Assembly: GCA_963785235.1 (NCBI GenBank) | Contig: CAWAUM010000009.1 | Coordinates: 14,069 to 78,068 of the forward strand | Length of the DNA: 64,000 bases | From: an uncultured delta proteobacterium | GTDB taxonomy: Bacteria > Desulfobacterota > Desulfomonilia > UBA1062 | Direction: 5' to 3' | Shown: piece after piece, positions 9,652 to 19,986 of the stretch | Position numbering within the stretch: position 1 is the stretch's first letter | Layout of the letters: every line of letters starts with the position of its first letter | Notes under the pieces: generated by a model | What the model was told of the DNA's origin: nothing | What the model saw: the letters and a program-made list of their open reading frames with translations, nothing else | Databases searched by the model: none | Program-made: the position numbers and the translations under genes

Positions 9652-10989
9652 ATGGGAAGGATTGGTGCATTACTCGTTGTATTGTCCGCATCGATCTTTT
9701 CTGCATGCTCACATCTGGATAACGATGTTAAGCAGTGCTACACATGCACCAATCCGGTTGTCACTGTGCAGAGCTGTACCGCAGCCATTGATTCAAGACG
9801 GATTTTCGGGTTGAGGCTCGCCGACATGTATGTCCGCCGGGGGATCGCCCACGACAGCAATGGCGAGTATGACCGTGCGATCCCTGACTTCGACCAGGCC
9901 ATTGCCCTGAACCCGTATTTATTCGAGGCCTTCTACAATAGGGGGTATGCCCTGGAGAAAAAGGACGAGCACGACCGGGCGATCAAGGATTTCGACCGGG
10001 CCATCCAGCTGGTCCCGGACCACGCCGCCACGTTCATCAACCGAGGTGTATCATATCGCAACAAGGGCGATTATGACCGTGCAGTAAAGGATTTCACCAA
10101 GGCCATCGAAATTAATCCAACGTTATTCACCGCCTATTACTCTCGAGGGTATACCTTCGAATTAAAAGGCGAACACGACCGCGCAATGACGGATTTCGAC
10201 CAGGCCCTTGCCCTGAACCCGAAATTCCCACGCGTATTCATCACCCGTGGTTTCATTGAAGAAAGCCGCGGCGAATACAACCGGGCCATCCTTGACTATG
10301 ACCAGGCCATAAGCCTGAGCCCGCGGTATTCCACTGCGTTTTTCAACCGGGGTAACGGCTATCTGCGCGGCGGCGAATTCGACCGTGCCATCAAGGACTA
10401 CGATCAAGCAATTAAGGTCAATCCGAAATATGCAAATGCCTTCAATAACCGGGGTAATGCTTATCGCGGCAGGGGTGAGCACGATCGAGCGGTTTTGGAT
10501 TACAACCAGGCAATAGACTTGGATCCATACGATGCAAATAAATTCAAGAGCAGGGGTATTGCCGGATTCTGTATGGGGCAGTTCGGTTCTGCCTTGCAGG
10601 ACCTGGAAAAAGCAATGCAATTGAAGCCCGAAGATCCCTACGCGGTTATCTGGCTGTACCTGACCCGGGTCAAGCTGGGTGGAGATGCGAAGGGTGAACT
10701 GGCAAAGAACGCGGCACAGCTGAACCTGCAGGTATGGCCGAAAGAGGTGATCGGCCTGTATCTGGGGAAAACAACGAAAGAGACAGTACTCTCTTCTGCA
10801 AAAAACCCTGATCCGAAGAAGGAACAAGAAATTCGGTGCGAGGCCTTTTTCTACCTTGGCGAGGAGGCGTTGATACAAGGCAGAAAGCAAGATGCCAAGG
10901 TGCTTTTCCGAAAGGCCCGTGATACGAAGGTTACGCACTTTATTGAATACATCGGTACCGAGGTTGAGCTGAAGCGGCTGGTGCCATAA
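9652..10989 (+). CDS. TPR-repeat lipoprotein with NlpI-like C-terminus
   Basis: Lipobox FSAC; about 8 34-aa TPRs (AFxNRG..YDRAIxDxDQAI); DPYAVIWLYL, CEAFFYLG, FIEY. Confidence 0.9.
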   Translation: MGRIGALLVVLSASIFSACSHLDNDVKQCYTCTNPVVTVQSCTAAIDSRRIFGLRLADMYVRRGIAHDSNGEYDRAIPDFDQAIALNPYLFEAFYNRGYALEKKDEHDRAIKDFDRAIQLVPDHAATFINRGVSYRNKGDYDRAVKDFTKAIEINPTLFTAYYSRGYTFELKGEHDRAMTDFDQALALNPKFPRVFITRGFIEESRGEYNRAILDYDQAISLSPRYSTAFFNRGNGYLRGGEFDRAIKDYDQAIKVNPKYANAFNNRGNAYRGRGEHDRAVLDYNQAIDLDPYDANKFKSRGIAGFCMGQFGSALQDLEKAMQLKPEDPYAVIWLYLTRVKLGGDAKGELAKNAAQLNLQVWPKEVIGLYLGKTTKETVLSSAKNPDPKKEQEIRCEAFFYLGEEALIQGRKQDAKVLFRKARDTKVTHFIEYIGTEVELKRLVP

Positions 10990-11060
10990 CGGATCAAGTC
11001 TTTACTCATCATAACGCATAATCCAGTATAAGACCATCAAGCATACCCAGAATGGCTGTC

Positions 11061-11843
11061 CTATATATGCGCCTGAGTCTGTTTGGAATCCCGGATAGCT
11101 TCCTCTGCCAGGATCTCGCCGCCACGGCTTATGACGATGTGTTTCATGGGGATGTTCACCCCGGAGCGTTTTAACGCCTCGATTGCCGCATGTACAAGCC
11201 CTGTACAGCACGGGACCTCCATATGAACCACCGTGAGCGATTTCGGTGTGGCCTGGGCAAGGATCTCGGCAAGGCGCGAATGTGCTTTTCAACATCGTCC
11301 AGTTTGGGGCAGGCAATGGCCACGGTCCTGCCCTTAAGGAGCTTGTTGTGCAGCGTGGGGCTGGCAACCCCGCAGCAGTCGGCCATGAGCAGCATGTCGG
11401 ACCCTTTCAGGAACGGGGCTGCAGGCGAGAGGAGCTGGAGCTTTACCGGCCAGTGTCCCAGCTGAGAGTTCATTTCAGCACACGGAGTTTTCTTCCTGGC
11501 CGTTGGACAATTTATTCGGGGTGAGGGTCATGATGGATGATGAAGGGCAGCCACAGGCCAGCGTGGCCGGGCCGGACTTAACAGCACCATGTGGCTGTTT
11601 CGTGCGCAGGTGTTGCTCCACGGCTTCTTCGTTGAATTCATCGGCCTCGCGCTCGATAATTGTCAATGCACCTTGCGGGCATTGGCCGATACAGGCGCCG
11701 ATGCCGTCGCACAGGATATCGCCTACAAGCCTTGCCTTTCCGTCAATGAGCTTCAGGGCACCTTCAGCGCAGCCAAGGATACACAGGCCGCACCCATCGC
11801 ATTTATTCTCATCGATCTCAATGATCTTCCTAGTCTTCTTCAT
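11061..11843 (-). CDS. 4Fe-4S ferredoxin-domain iron-sulfur protein (split by two apparent indels)
   Basis: [19 protein letters not shown], then [19 protein letters not shown], then VHMEVPCC in successive frames. Confidence 0.8.
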
Positions 11844-11901
11844 GCCGGTCTCCCTTTTCGTTCATTATGCAGCCCTTATAGGTGCTTTGTCAGGCGAAAT
11901 C

Positions 11902-11917
11902 CTTGACCTGGGTCAAG
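11902..11917. promoter_or_regulatory. Fnr/Dnr-type palindrome CTTGAC-N4-GTCAAG
   Basis: Perfect 6-4-6 palindrome in the divergent gap between the Fe-S gene and the Crp/Fnr regulator. Confidence 0.65.
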
Positions 11918-11961
11918 CCATTGCACTTGCTCTTATTATCAGGAATAAGTAAGCTGTCTTC

Positions 11962-12654
11962 ATGGAACTGCGCGTCTTGTTCAGGCAGACCGAACTCTTC
12001 AAAGGCATGAGCGAAGATGCCCTGGCCAGGCTTGCCGCCAAGGGGAAACAGCGCCGCTTCGAGCAGGGGGACACCCTGTTCGTGGAGGGGACAAAAGGCT
12101 CTGAATTTTTCCTGCTCACACAAGGGGATGTCCGCCTCTACAAGACATCGCCGGAAGGCCAGGAGATAGTGCTGCGCATCATCAGGCCGGGCGAGATCTT
12201 TGCCGAAGTGGTCATCTTCGAGGACACCACCTATCCTGCAAGTGCGGCTGCATTATCGGCAGGCAGCGTTTTTGCCATAGGCCGGGCCTCCTTTGCAGAG
12301 CTGCTGGAGGATAACCGGTTCCGCAACGAGTTCATAACCATGCTCATGAAGAAGCAGCGATACCTCACCGAACGCATCCTCTACCTCACGACCTATGCCG
12401 TGGAGGAGAGATTTTTCCGGTTTCTCATTGAACACTACGGCACAAGCGGGGTTTACCGGGTGGATATGGCCAAGAAGGACATAGCATCAGCCATCGGCAC
12501 CATCCCCGAGACGCTCTCAAGGCTCATCAACAGGCTGAAAGGGCTGGGTGTGCTTTTATGGGAGGGCAACACATTGACAGTGGACAAGGACTTTCTTGAG
12601 AATTTCATGGAAACAGGCGAGATCAGGTCAACAAATAAGTACGGTTCATCTTGA
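11962..12654 (+). CDS. Crp/Fnr family regulator (HcpR/Dnr-like)
   Basis: cNMP-like domain (GEIFAE..YPASA) plus HTH IASAIGTIPETLSR. Confidence 0.9.
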   Translation: MELRVLFRQTELFKGMSEDALARLAAKGKQRRFEQGDTLFVEGTKGSEFFLLTQGDVRLYKTSPEGQEIVLRIIRPGEIFAEVVIFEDTTYPASAAALSAGSVFAIGRASFAELLEDNRFRNEFITMLMKKQRYLTERILYLTTYAVEERFFRFLIEHYGTSGVYRVDMAKKDIASAIGTIPETLSRLINRLKGLGVLLWEGNTLTVDKDFLENFMETGEIRSTNKYGSS

Positions 12655-12675
12655 GTAAACATACCCGGATCTTTT

Positions 12676-12823
12676 AACCCGGGTTTTGCAGTTAAGAGGA
12701 GTAAAAAAACTTGATCCGTTAAAAACCTCAATCTTGCAGCCTGGAAGGACCGGGAAATTAACATGCCGCAAAGGCTGCAAAATTGAGGTTTTTAACGGAC
12801 CTATTTAAAAACAGTTTCCATGG
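12676..12823 (-). repeat. Dispersed hairpin element, long flank truncated; loop orientation B
   Basis: Arms TCCGTTAAAAACCTCAATCTTGCAGCCT / AGGCTGCAAAATTGAGGTTTTTAACGGA (12715-12799). Confidence 0.9.
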
Positions 12824-13759
12824 TTAAACATCTCCGAGCCCGGGTTCCTCGCCTGGTCTCCATACCCTGATCCCCTCGGCCAGGAACAACCCTTCGACGG
12901 CATCCAGCTCGGAATCCGTAGGTACGCGTATATCAGGACCCTCCGGGAGCCCCAGCCACCGGCGTTTACCATCCCCCATGGGGTGGAAGGGCACTATGGT
13001 CAGGAAGGATATCCCGAGCCCGTTGAGAAAGCCTGCCCAGCCCTTTACATTTTCCTGTCCGTCTGTCATACCCGGCACCAGAGGAAGGCGTGGCCTGACA
13101 GGAGGGCCCTCCTGCCTGCCCCAGGCCTCCGCAAGGGACTTCAGGTTCTGTTTGATCTCCGTGTTGCTCACCCCGCATAACAGCCTGTGCCGGGACTCGT
13201 CATAGACCTTGATGTCGAAGAGCACGAGCTGAAGCTCCTGAAGGAGGGGCTGCAGCCTCTCCGGATTGAAGTATCCACAGGTCTCCAGGGCGACTTCAAT
13301 GCCTTCGGCGCGCAGCGACCTCGCCAGCCTGGCAGCAAATTCCGGATAGAGCGTCGGTTCCCCTCCGGTAAAGGTCACGCCGCCTCCGGAGGTCCTGAAA
13401 AGGGGAAACTCGGGTCTGAGTTCCTCCACGATTTCTTCGGAAGTCAGGGGGATGCCGAAGCGCGTCATGGCGCCCGAAGGGCAGCTGTCAATACAGGTAA
13501 AGCAGTATCTGCATTGTTCGGCATCCCTTTTCCCCACGTGGGCCAATGCGTTCCCCGGGCAGTTTTTTACGCACCTTGTGCAGTTGATGCAAAGATGCGA
13601 TTTGAAGGCTATGTCGACTACAGGCTTCCAGGATTCGACGTTCTGGCACCAGACACAGCGCAGGGGGCAGCCTTTGAAAAAGACCAGGCTCCGCATCCCC
13701 GGACCGTCATGGAGGCAGAAATGCTGCAGGGAGAAGATGAGCGGCTCAGGTGATGCCAT
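12824..13759 (-). CDS. Glycyl-radical enzyme activating enzyme (radical SAM with ferredoxin insert)
   Basis: HDGPGMR..FFKGCPLRCVWCQN, CINCTRC/CRYCFTC, GGVTFTGGEP. Confidence 0.92.
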   Translation of the reverse strand: MASPEPLIFSLQHFCLHDGPGMRSLVFFKGCPLRCVWCQNVESWKPVVDIAFKSHLCINCTRCVKNCPGNALAHVGKRDAEQCRYCFTCIDSCPSGAMTRFGIPLTSEEIVEELRPEFPLFRTSGGGVTFTGGEPTLYPEFAARLARSLRAEGIEVALETCGYFNPERLQPLLQELQLVLFDIKVYDESRHRLLCGVSNTEIKQNLKSLAEAWGRQEGPPVRPRLPLVPGMTDGQENVKGWAGFLNGLGISFLTIVPFHPMGDGKRRWLGLPEGPDIRVPTDSELDAVEGLFLAEGIRVWRPGEEPGLGDV

Positions 13760-16216
13760 GGGCCGTTCTCTCGATGATCTCGTCCTGCACATCGGCCTGG
13801 AGGTCGTTGAAATAGGCGCAGTACCCGGCCACGCGCACCACGATCCCCGGGTAGGATGCAGGGTCGTTTTTCGCAGCCTTTAGTGTCTCGGCATCGAGGA
13901 TATTGACCTGGACCTGCATTCCCCCCTGATCGAAATAATTTTTAAAAAGGTCATCAGTGCCTTACACCCCGTCTCCCCCTGGACCATCTTCCTGTCGAAC
14001 TTCAGGTTCAGGGCATGGCAGTTCATCCATTTTCTGCTGTCCAGGGACGCGGCCGAACGCAGCACCGCCGTGGGGCCCAGGCGCTCGGCCCCGTCCGCCG
14101 GGGCGAGGCCGTTGGAGAGGCGCTTTCCGGCGGGCCTGCCGTTGGGCAGTGCGCCGGTAACCTTGCCGAAGCCGATGTGGCAGGTCATGGAATAGAATCC
14201 CGGCACGTATTGCCCGCCCCGCGTGTTCTTGTGGGCCCAGAGCGCATCGGCGAAGGCGTCGGCTGCGAGCTGGGTCATCCGGTCCGCCTCGGGAATGCCG
14301 TTGCCGTAGCGGGGGAGCTTGGTGGCCAGCTCGAGGCGCAGGTCTTCATGGCCACGAAGTTGTCCTTGAGGATGCCCACGAATTCCTCCAGGCCGAAGCG
14401 CTTCTCATCAAAGACCATCTTCTTCAGGGCGTAGAGGGAGTCGCCCGCATCGGCGAGGCCTGCAGCCTGGACGGAGGTGTAATCGTAGAGGCCGCCGCCC
14501 CAGGTAACGTCCTTGCCCTTTTCCAGGCAGCCCTGGGTGATGATGGAGTTCACCGGGGTCGGCCGGGCCGTGCGATAGACCTCCTCCAGCCAGCCGATCA
14601 CCTTCACCATGTCGTCGACCCCGTGGCGGACCTGGGTGCGGAAGGCTTCAAGCACATCTTCAAAGGTCTTCATGGAAGATGCCGGCGGTGTTGCTGCACC
14701 GAAGCGGCTGCGGCCCTCTATCCTGGCCTTGCCGTGAAAGCGGCAGCCCTCGTTCAGGGCCAGCTCCAGACAGAGGGGCAGGTTGAAGAGCGCGGCGTCC
14801 GAGGAGTTGTAGGTGCGCCCCTGGCTCGCCATCTCCACGCAGCCGATGACGGCGTAGTCCCGGGCGTGTTCCTCAGTCATGCCTGCCTCTTTGAGTGCCC
14901 TGACCACTGCCGTGTCCCCGAAGAGAGAGGGTCGGCTGGTGCCCATCTGGAGAAGCTCCACGCTCTTGTGCAAGAACCAGTCGGGCGTGGCGGGATGGAT
15001 GCGGACGTGGACCGCCGGTTCGCGGGTCAGGACCTGGGCATAGGCGTCCAGGATAAGACCGGAAAGCTCGTTGGTCACGTCGTTTCCCTTCGCGTCCGTG
15101 CCCCCAAGGTGAAGGCCTGGGCGACCCCGATGCCACTGAAGAACTGGTCGACCCTCTGGGAGTAGAGCGGTATGGTCTCGCAGGTCTTCAGACAGAAACC
15201 GGCGGTCATCTCCGTGGCCTTCTCGGGCGTGAGCCTGCCCTGTTCGATATCCGCGCGATACAGCGGCAGGAGGACCTGGTCCATCCGGCCGAAGGAGAGG
15301 CCCTGCTCGAAGTCTTCCAGGTTCAATGCCACGTGGACAAGCCAGGTGGCCTGCAAACCCTCCAGGTAGGTCCGGGCCGGTTCAAAGGGGACCCTGCGGC
15401 ACGCCTTCGCCGATTCCAGGAGTTCGATCTTTCTCCATTCAGGAACACCCGGCCGGGAGGCCATATTCTGTGCCTCGTGAGCCAGATTTTCCGCCATCTT
15501 CCTAATGCCGTCGATCGTGATGACCACCGAGCGGAAGAAGGCCCTCTGATCGGCATCAAGAGGGGAGCCGTCCGCAAGCCTGCCCTCCTCCAGCCTTTGT
15601 CGGCCTCTTCATAAGGGCGGCACAAGCCTTCATGGACGACCATCCGGTAGTTTCCCACCTGATGTCCCACGCCAGCCTCCTCGGTGATGAAGTGGCGCTT
15701 GGCCCGGAAGAAATCCAGAAAATAGGAAATGCGCCCGGGCTTGAGGAGCGCTTTTGCTCCGACGCTTTTGAATGCGTTTCTGAGTCCTATGAAAAGGAGT
15801 TCCGCGGTCTCCCTGCCGCTTAACTTCAGGGGTATGGTCCGTTTCCCCAGCCGGAAGAAGTCCTCAAGGATGTTGATGGACCCTCCCTCGATGTAATAAT
15901 TGGCGGCAATGCGCTTGGAGGTCATGTTGCCGATGATGAGTTCACCATCGTAGATGCGGGGCGTGCGATGGGAGAATATATAGTTCAGCGCCAGGGCGCG
16001 CTGCACCAGGGAGTGCTCCGTTCTGGCGCTTTGGTGGCCCTGTCTGGACCTATGGAATTCCCCCAGGAGCCTCGGCCTCTCAAGACAGATCGAGTACGGG
16101 GTGGAAAACAGCTCCGCCCTGATGGAGGCAATACGCGGTGTGGGGCTTACGAACCCCCCGATCGGGGCTGCAGCTTTTGAGGCCTTGGTCTTCGTGACAT
16201 GAGGAAATGTAGCCAT
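13746..16216 (-). CDS. Glycyl-radical enzyme (PFL-like superfamily), subtype unknown; split by several apparent indels
   Basis: SFGRMDQ, YAVIGCVE Cys loop, GALPNGR..LSNG, and C-terminal GIVVRVAGYCAYF glycyl-radical motif ending at TGA 13746. Confidence 0.88.
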
Positions 16217-16349
16217 AGGACGATTCCCTCCTTTTAAGAGAAGCTGGAGACGGATATGCTTTTCAGACGGGTGTATTAAAACACAGCACCATGAGCTATT
16301 ACAACAATATACTTATTGCCTTTGGCGGGTTGTGTTCCCACTGCCAGCT

Positions 16350-16673
16350 TTATTTGCGGTCGGTTCCGCATTGCCAGCACGTAGTGAACTGGGGCTCGAG
16401 CATTTCACCGCATTTGGGACAGTGCCAAAGTTTGCCGATGATGACATGTGAACCGAATCCCTGCTCATAGCGTGAGACGATTCCCAATGCCTTTTCCAGT
16501 TGGCTATCTTCCCGAATCCAAACCGATGGGAGGGTGTCCTCTGTTATTGCGAGTGCACCCAAGGCACCAAAGAGCGCTTCTCCTTGTAGTTCCGATTCTA
16601 TGCCTTCCAACTCCAGAAGGTTTTTCACCAGATGCGCTTCTGTGGGATGTCGTGCGATAAATACTTTTTTCAC
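16350..16673 (-). CDS. DUF2007-like protein with C-terminal zinc ribbon
   Basis: EAHLVKNLLELEGI; WHCPKCGE..FTTCWQCG. Confidence 0.8.
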   Translation of the reverse strand: MKKVFIARHPTEAHLVKNLLELEGIESELQGEALFGALGALAITEDTLPSVWIREDSQLEKALGIVSRYEQGFGSHVIIGKLWHCPKCGEMLEPQFTTCWQCGTDRK

Positions 16674-16688
16674 AGCTGATCTCCAAAA

Positions 16689-16755
16689 ACCCGACGTTCA
16701 AAATAACTGGTCTGCGCAGCTTTTCGGGCAGGTCCGGTCCATTGTTGAGTTAGGG
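16689..16755 (-). mobile_element. Degenerate integron attC site
   Basis: Minus strand CCCTAAC...GACCGGACCTGCCCGAAAAGCTGCGCAGACCAGTTATTTTGAAC-GTCGGGT; imperfect palindrome just after a stop codon, with GTT changed to GTC. Confidence 0.6.
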
Positions 16756-16772
16756 GCGGTCATTGGCACCAC

Positions 16773-17039
16773 CTATCTCAGCTTGCCCATGATTGCCCTA
16801 ATTCCCTGTGCAGGGGCGATGCAACTCTTAGGGTCCAGGCTGAGATCAAATGCCTGGTTGAGAACCTCCATCACGATCCTCTCGGGCTTGACGGAATTCC
16901 CTCGTACCTTCAGCCCAAAGATGATGTCTGTGGCCTCGGTACGGTATCCATCAAGGTCTGTAACTTTTTTTGCAGCCTCCCCCAATGGATTCCACTGGGC
17001 AAGAATGTTAGCCACAGCAGTGATTTGTTCTTCGTTCAT
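16773..17039 (-). CDS. Hypothetical protein (probable cassette ORF)
   Basis: MNEEQITAVANILAQWNPLG...DGYRTEA; followed by an attC-like site. Confidence 0.6.
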   Translation of the reverse strand: MNEEQITAVANILAQWNPLGEAAKKVTDLDGYRTEATDIIFGLKVRGNSVKPERIVMEVLNQAFDLSLDPKSCIAPAQGIRAIMGKLR

Positions 17040-17111
17040 TTTAGCCCCCCCGTGAGCTGGACACAAGCCCGCCCATAATTCCTGATAGGCATGACTTGTT
17101 CTCCGGCATTA

Positions 17112-17324
17112 CTACAAAGCTATGGGTGTGAGCGTATATATTCGCGCAATACGACTTGCAGACTTTAAATCGCCTTTTTGTAAAGCTGATCTTACATCAT
17201 CTAATTTCTGAGCATCAGTCAGAGAAAGATATGGAGACCAGCCTTTATCAGTTTCGATGAGCTCAATGTCAACCTCAGCAACGTATCGACCTTCATGAAT
17301 AAGTTTTGTGTTATGTCTTTTCAT
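17112..17324 (-). CDS. Small hypothetical protein, probable partner of the DUF4258 protein (TA-like pair)
   Basis: 70 aa, ATGA overlap with the upstream gene; TKLIHEGRYVAEVDIEL..WSPYLS. Confidence 0.7.
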   Translation of the reverse strand: MKRHNTKLIHEGRYVAEVDIELIETDKGWSPYLSLTDAQKLDDVRSALQKGDLKSASRIARIYTLTPIAL

Positions 17325-17647
17325 TTTTTCTTTCTCCTGAGGAAATCATTTGACCACTTCTTTGGGTCTGGTCTGTATGCAGTGACTAAGACAGCTGGTG
17401 ATGATTCCCCTTTGGGTATTCCCCATACAGTATGAATAGGTTTTGATTGCGCATCTTTTTGCAATAACAATACACAAGGACCCTTGGGATAGTCTGGATA
17501 TTCTTCTATTACTATTGCAGTATTCACGCTCTCCATAATGTCTCTAATGAAAACATTATCCTCGGCCAGTTCGTCATAACCATGATCCGAGATCAGTACC
17601 TCCTTCTTTTCTATGAGGCTAAGAATTATATCAACAATTGTACTCAC
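17321..17647 (-). CDS. DUF4258 domain protein (putative toxin)
   Basis: ISDHGYDEL..IEEYPDYPKGPCVLLL..PIHTVW..VTAYRPDP..W. Confidence 0.8.
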   Translation of the reverse strand: MSTIVDIILSLIEKKEVLISDHGYDELAEDNVFIRDIMESVNTAIVIEEYPDYPKGPCVLLLQKDAQSKPIHTVWGIPKGESSPAVLVTAYRPDPKKWSNDFLRRKKK

Positions 17648-17727
17648 AAAGAAATATTAACTCCTTTTGCTGTTATTAACAATGGGCATCATAGAATAGT
17701 CTTTCATGAGCCCCCATCCGTCATGTT

Positions 17728-18414
17728 CTACGGAATCTTATTCTGCATTGTCTCGTTAAACAGATCCGCTACTTCGCCCCAGCAAGATCCAGGATCGGCG
17801 CTTATTCTTTTTATCATTTCTTCAAACGCGCTCCACATTGTCTCCGTGATCATCTCATAGGAGTGTCCCCAGAAGGAGAAGACCCCGCACTTCCTGGCGT
17901 TCTCGTAGCGCAACCACAGGTCAGGGGCGAGAAAATGGCAACATGGATGGAACGCCATGGGGTTTTCCGGGGGATACGGGTAATCAACGGAGTGTGCGGT
18001 TCTTGCGTATACGTGGCCGGCCTCGTGGACCAGCTGCATGACCGCTTCGCTGTATGAGCCAAACGGGTAGGCAAATCCGAGCACCCCCTGAGCGAAAAAC
18101 TGCTGCAGGCGCTCGCGGCCTTCCACAATGTCATACCGCGCTGCCTCTATGGCTATTTCATCGAGTCGCGGGTGCGTCAGGCTGTGGTTGGCGATGGTGA
18201 AACCTTCATATACTTCTCTCATTTCATTCCACCCGAGTCGCACGACTTCGGTGCCCATGTGTATCCAACTCATCCTGCGCTGTTTCTCGTGCAGGCCGGC
18301 ATTCAGATTGAATGTGGCCTTGGCGTCGTATCGCCTGAGGATGTCCGTGAGCCTGACATCCGTGGTCACGCCGTCATCCCAGCACTGCACTACTTTCATA
18401 ATGCCGGTATTCAT
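17728..18414 (-). CDS. Polysaccharide deacetylase (NodB/CE4)
   Basis: WDDG, ATFNL, NHSLTHP, FAYPFG, WGHSYE. Confidence 0.9.
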   Translation of the reverse strand: MNTGIMKVVQCWDDGVTTDVRLTDILRRYDAKATFNLNAGLHEKQRRMSWIHMGTEVVRLGWNEMREVYEGFTIANHSLTHPRLDEIAIEAARYDIVEGRERLQQFFAQGVLGFAYPFGSYSEAVMQLVHEAGHVYARTAHSVDYPYPPENPMAFHPCCHFLAPDLWLRYENARKCGVFSFWGHSYEMITETMWSAFEEMIKRISADPGSCWGEVADLFNETMQNKIP

Positions 18415-19331
18415 CCTCGGTTGTCTCTCCGGGGCAATCTCCAGAGCTGCGAGATGAGCATGCCGCAGAACATGAGGCTGCAGCCTGTCATGGCCCGGGG
18501 GGTGAGGACCTCGTCCAGGATAATCCATCCGCCTATGGCCGCAAAGACCGCTTCAAGGCTCAGGATGATGGCGGCGTGAGCAGGGCGGGCCTTCTTCTGG
18601 GCAACCACCTGGAGTGTGTATGCCACGCCTACGGACATTATGCCGCCATAGAGGATAGGTGCGGCTGCGGATGTGTACATGGCTAAAGTGTTTTTTTCAA
18701 AGATGATGGAAGTAATCAGACTGAGGATGGAGCACAGGGTGTATTGCAGGATGGCTATCTTCAGCGGGTCCTGCCTTGGAGAGAGCCATCCGATGATGTG
18801 TACGTGGCAGGCCCAGAAAAAGGCGCCCATGAGCACCAGCAGGTCACCGGATGATATGGTGAAATGCTCGGTGACACTCAGGAAGTACATACCCATGGCA
18901 GCAAGCACTGCTCCGATCCAGGTGCCCGTATGGGTACGGTGTTTGAGTGCGATTCCGATAATGGGCACGAGGACAACATAGAGCCCTGTTATGAAGCCTG
19001 CATTTCCTGCGGTGGTGTAGACCATGGCCACCTGCTGGAGCGATGCGCCGCAAAAGAGGATGAGTCCGGCTGCCAGACCGCCAGAAAGACTCTTGAGAGA
19101 GAAGAGGCCCGGATTACCTGATGGTGCGGCCCCAGTACGCAAACCGTTTCTCAAGACAAAGGGCAGCAGCACCAGGCAGCCCAGAGCGAAGCGTACGCCA
19201 TTGAATCCGAACGGCCCCACATACTGCATGCCAAGACGCTGCGCCACAAAGGCAAAACCCCAGATGAACGCTGTGGTTAGCAGGAGGCTGTCCGACTTCA
19301 GAGTCTGGCTGCCCTTGAGAGTTGATGTCAT
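18411..19331 (-). CDS. DMT/EamA family transporter
   Basis: About 10 TM segments; IWGFAFVAQ, AGFITGLYVVLVP, AAIILSLEAVFA. Confidence 0.92.
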   Translation of the reverse strand: MTSTLKGSQTLKSDSLLLTTAFIWGFAFVAQRLGMQYVGPFGFNGVRFALGCLVLLPFVLRNGLRTGAAPSGNPGLFSLKSLSGGLAAGLILFCGASLQQVAMVYTTAGNAGFITGLYVVLVPIIGIALKHRTHTGTWIGAVLAAMGMYFLSVTEHFTISSGDLLVLMGAFFWACHVHIIGWLSPRQDPLKIAILQYTLCSILSLITSIIFEKNTLAMYTSAAAPILYGGIMSVGVAYTLQVVAQKKARPAHAAIILSLEAVFAAIGGWIILDEVLTPRAMTGCSLMFCGMLISQLWRLPRRDNRG

Positions 19332-19481
19332 GATACGTTTCTCTTTAAGCCGATCTTCCGCCGGGCAGGCCCGATGGAGCATGGCAGCAGCAGTTAAGGA
19401 AAACTTCCTGCGGCCTTATGATGCGACTTACCCGGCCGTTACTATCAAGTCAAGGGCGTAAATCCTCTTAAGAAAGGCTTT

Positions 19482-19802
19482 TCAGGTCTTCAGGTCTGTC
19501 CTGAGAGTCTCATACTGCTCTTTTGTTATCTCGCCTTTCGCATAGCGTTTTTTTATGATTTCCAAAGCGGTGTCCGGGTCTGTAAGAGCCCCGTGTTTGT
19601 GCCTTGCATTCCTGGCAATAAGGTAAACCGCAACGATAAGGAGGATGAGAAGGGGTATCATCATGAAGTGACCCGGGTGCCACATATATCCTCCCGGGCC
19701 GCTGCCGCCGAAGTAACCATATCCCGGGCATTGTCCGTAAAGGCTGTACAGGGATGATCCATACTGTACTAACTGGTTGTATGCATTGATTATACTTTCC
19801 AT
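19482..19802 (-). CDS. SHOCT-domain membrane protein
   Basis: One TM segment plus ALEIIKKRYAKGEITKEQY. Confidence 0.85.
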   Translation of the reverse strand: MESIINAYNQLVQYGSSLYSLYGQCPGYGYFGGSGPGGYMWHPGHFMMIPLLILLIVAVYLIARNARHKHGALTDPDTALEIIKKRYAKGEITKEQYETLRTDLKT

Positions 19803-19986
19803 AGAAGATCCACCTCTTTCTTAGTAGTTGTGCCTTTTGTATGGTCTGCACTGCATAAAGTCCAGGCAGGGGTATGCCGATGAATTCAGGACAGAATAAA
19901 ACAGGCAGTCTTCACAAGCGGCTTATCATGATATATGGTTGGCCGCGATTGGTTTCTTTCAAGGTTTAAAAAAGGGGATATGCTTC

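Noticed and set aside
9830-10560. 102-bp periodic DNA repeats
   Set aside because: Explained by TPR protein repeats.
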